DNA from: the human T2T-CHM13v2.0 reference genome, Homo sapiens
Assembly: GCF_009914755.1 (NCBI RefSeq)
Contig: NC_060933.1
DNA: 64,000 bases
Direction: 5' to 3' (one strand)
A program made the position numbers and the translations under genes. The notes under the pieces are model-generated. The model had not been told where the DNA came from. It ran no database searches and saw only the letters and a program-made list of their open reading frames with translations. Shown here piece after piece: positions 63,001 to 64,000 of this stretch. Position 1 is the first letter of the stretch, and every line of letters starts with the position of its first letter.

Positions 63001-63646
63001 GGAAAGAAAAAAATGGTGCTGAAAGGGGAGAGGGAAGAAGGCAGCCAGGGAAGAAGAGAGGGTTGGGCAAATCAAGAGGAAGCCAGGAAGGTGGGGCCAA
63101 GCCGACCAGCGCTGCTCCATGCCCGGGGGTGGGGGTTATGTGATGTCCGTGCAGTGCGCAGGGGAGCCTGAAAGCAGGTTCCCGCTCTCGGAAGGGGATG
63201 GAGGGCCACTGGCCTCTGACCCGCACTCCTCCCTTCTATCTGGTGCACCACAGAGTAAGTAGTGCGGGATAGTGGGGGGGAGCCCAGACCTTGATGTGAG
63301 GTAGAGCTGGCATTGCACGCCAGGTCCAGCACATTCTAGCTGTGAGCAGGTCCTCTCATTCTCGGAGCGTCAATCTTCTCATCTGTAAGAGGGGCTGTCA
63401 ATGGTCCCTCCTTCCCAGGGCTGTGAGACCAGGGAATGCAGGTAAAGCGGACCTACTCTGTGGTTAGCCCATGGCTAATAGAACCATTGCCGGTGCCCCT
63501 GTCAACACTGAAGGCCCAGTTGCTTCACTGCCTCTCCTCCTGCCCAGCCAGTATCCTCAGCAACATGGCCAGCCCTGCTGGGAGCAGAGGTCCCTGGGAA
63601 CATGGGGTTTTCTGGCCTGCCTGCTGACTGCCCTGTCTCCCCACAG

Positions 63647-63805
63647 CCATCTGTGAGGTCCATGCCAGCCTGGACCCCTCGCTCAGCCTCTTCTGCTCTG
63701 GCTCCTGGGAGCCCGGTGCGGTGCCTCCAAGCACAGAACACCTGGACCCTCTGCTGAAAGATGCTCCCAAGCACCTTCCCAGTTGCCCTGACAAGGGCTT
63801 CACAG
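63647..63805 (+). CDS. SLC27A4: SLC27A4 exon 4 (gene continues beyond window)
   Basis: AG/GT, 159 nt, [53 protein letters not shown]. Confidence 0.95.
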
Positions 63806-64000
63806 GTGGGCTCCATCCCCTCCCCATAGAGGGGCTCTCACACAGGCCCTGGACAGAGCACTGGCCTCAGTGCCAGAAGGAGGCTTTTCTGGAAACTTGC
63901 CATGTGCCTGGAACATGTCACGTCACCTCCCTTTTTCCATCTGGAAAATGGTGACAGTAAACCTGGGCCACTCCAGGGTTACTGTGAAGGTGACATGAGC

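Overview
Human (primate) genomic DNA, GC-rich and extremely Alu-dense. From the translated exons I recognise it as the SWI5-TRUB2-COQ4-SLC27A4 locus (9q34.11 from memory). It contains the last two exons of SWI5 (+) and the complete TRUB2 gene (-, 8 coding exons, 996 nt, 331 aa). COQ4 is complete (+, 7 coding exons, 798 nt, 265 aa, GC-AG first intron) and lies head-to-head with TRUB2 on a CpG-island promoter. There is an intron-containing tRNA-Arg(TCT) gene (-) divergent from the SLC27A4 promoter, and SLC27A4/FATP4 exons 1-4 (+, continuing past the window). A full-length, ORF-intact thymosin beta-4 retrocopy with a 13-bp TSD sits in SLC27A4 intron 1. The rest is Alu clusters (including one AluYb8-type and one FAM), L2/MIR relics and nested DNA transposons. 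Almost all ORFs in the supplied track are Alu translations or antisense shadows. I see no convincing wholly new system. The best lead is the SLC27A4 leader: a 10-aa uORF followed by a 135-aa ORF spliced over exons 1-3 that overlaps the main CDS out of frame (ATF4-like layout). Exon boundaries were read by hand from splice dinucleotides and reading frame; repeat boundaries and subfamily names are approximate.
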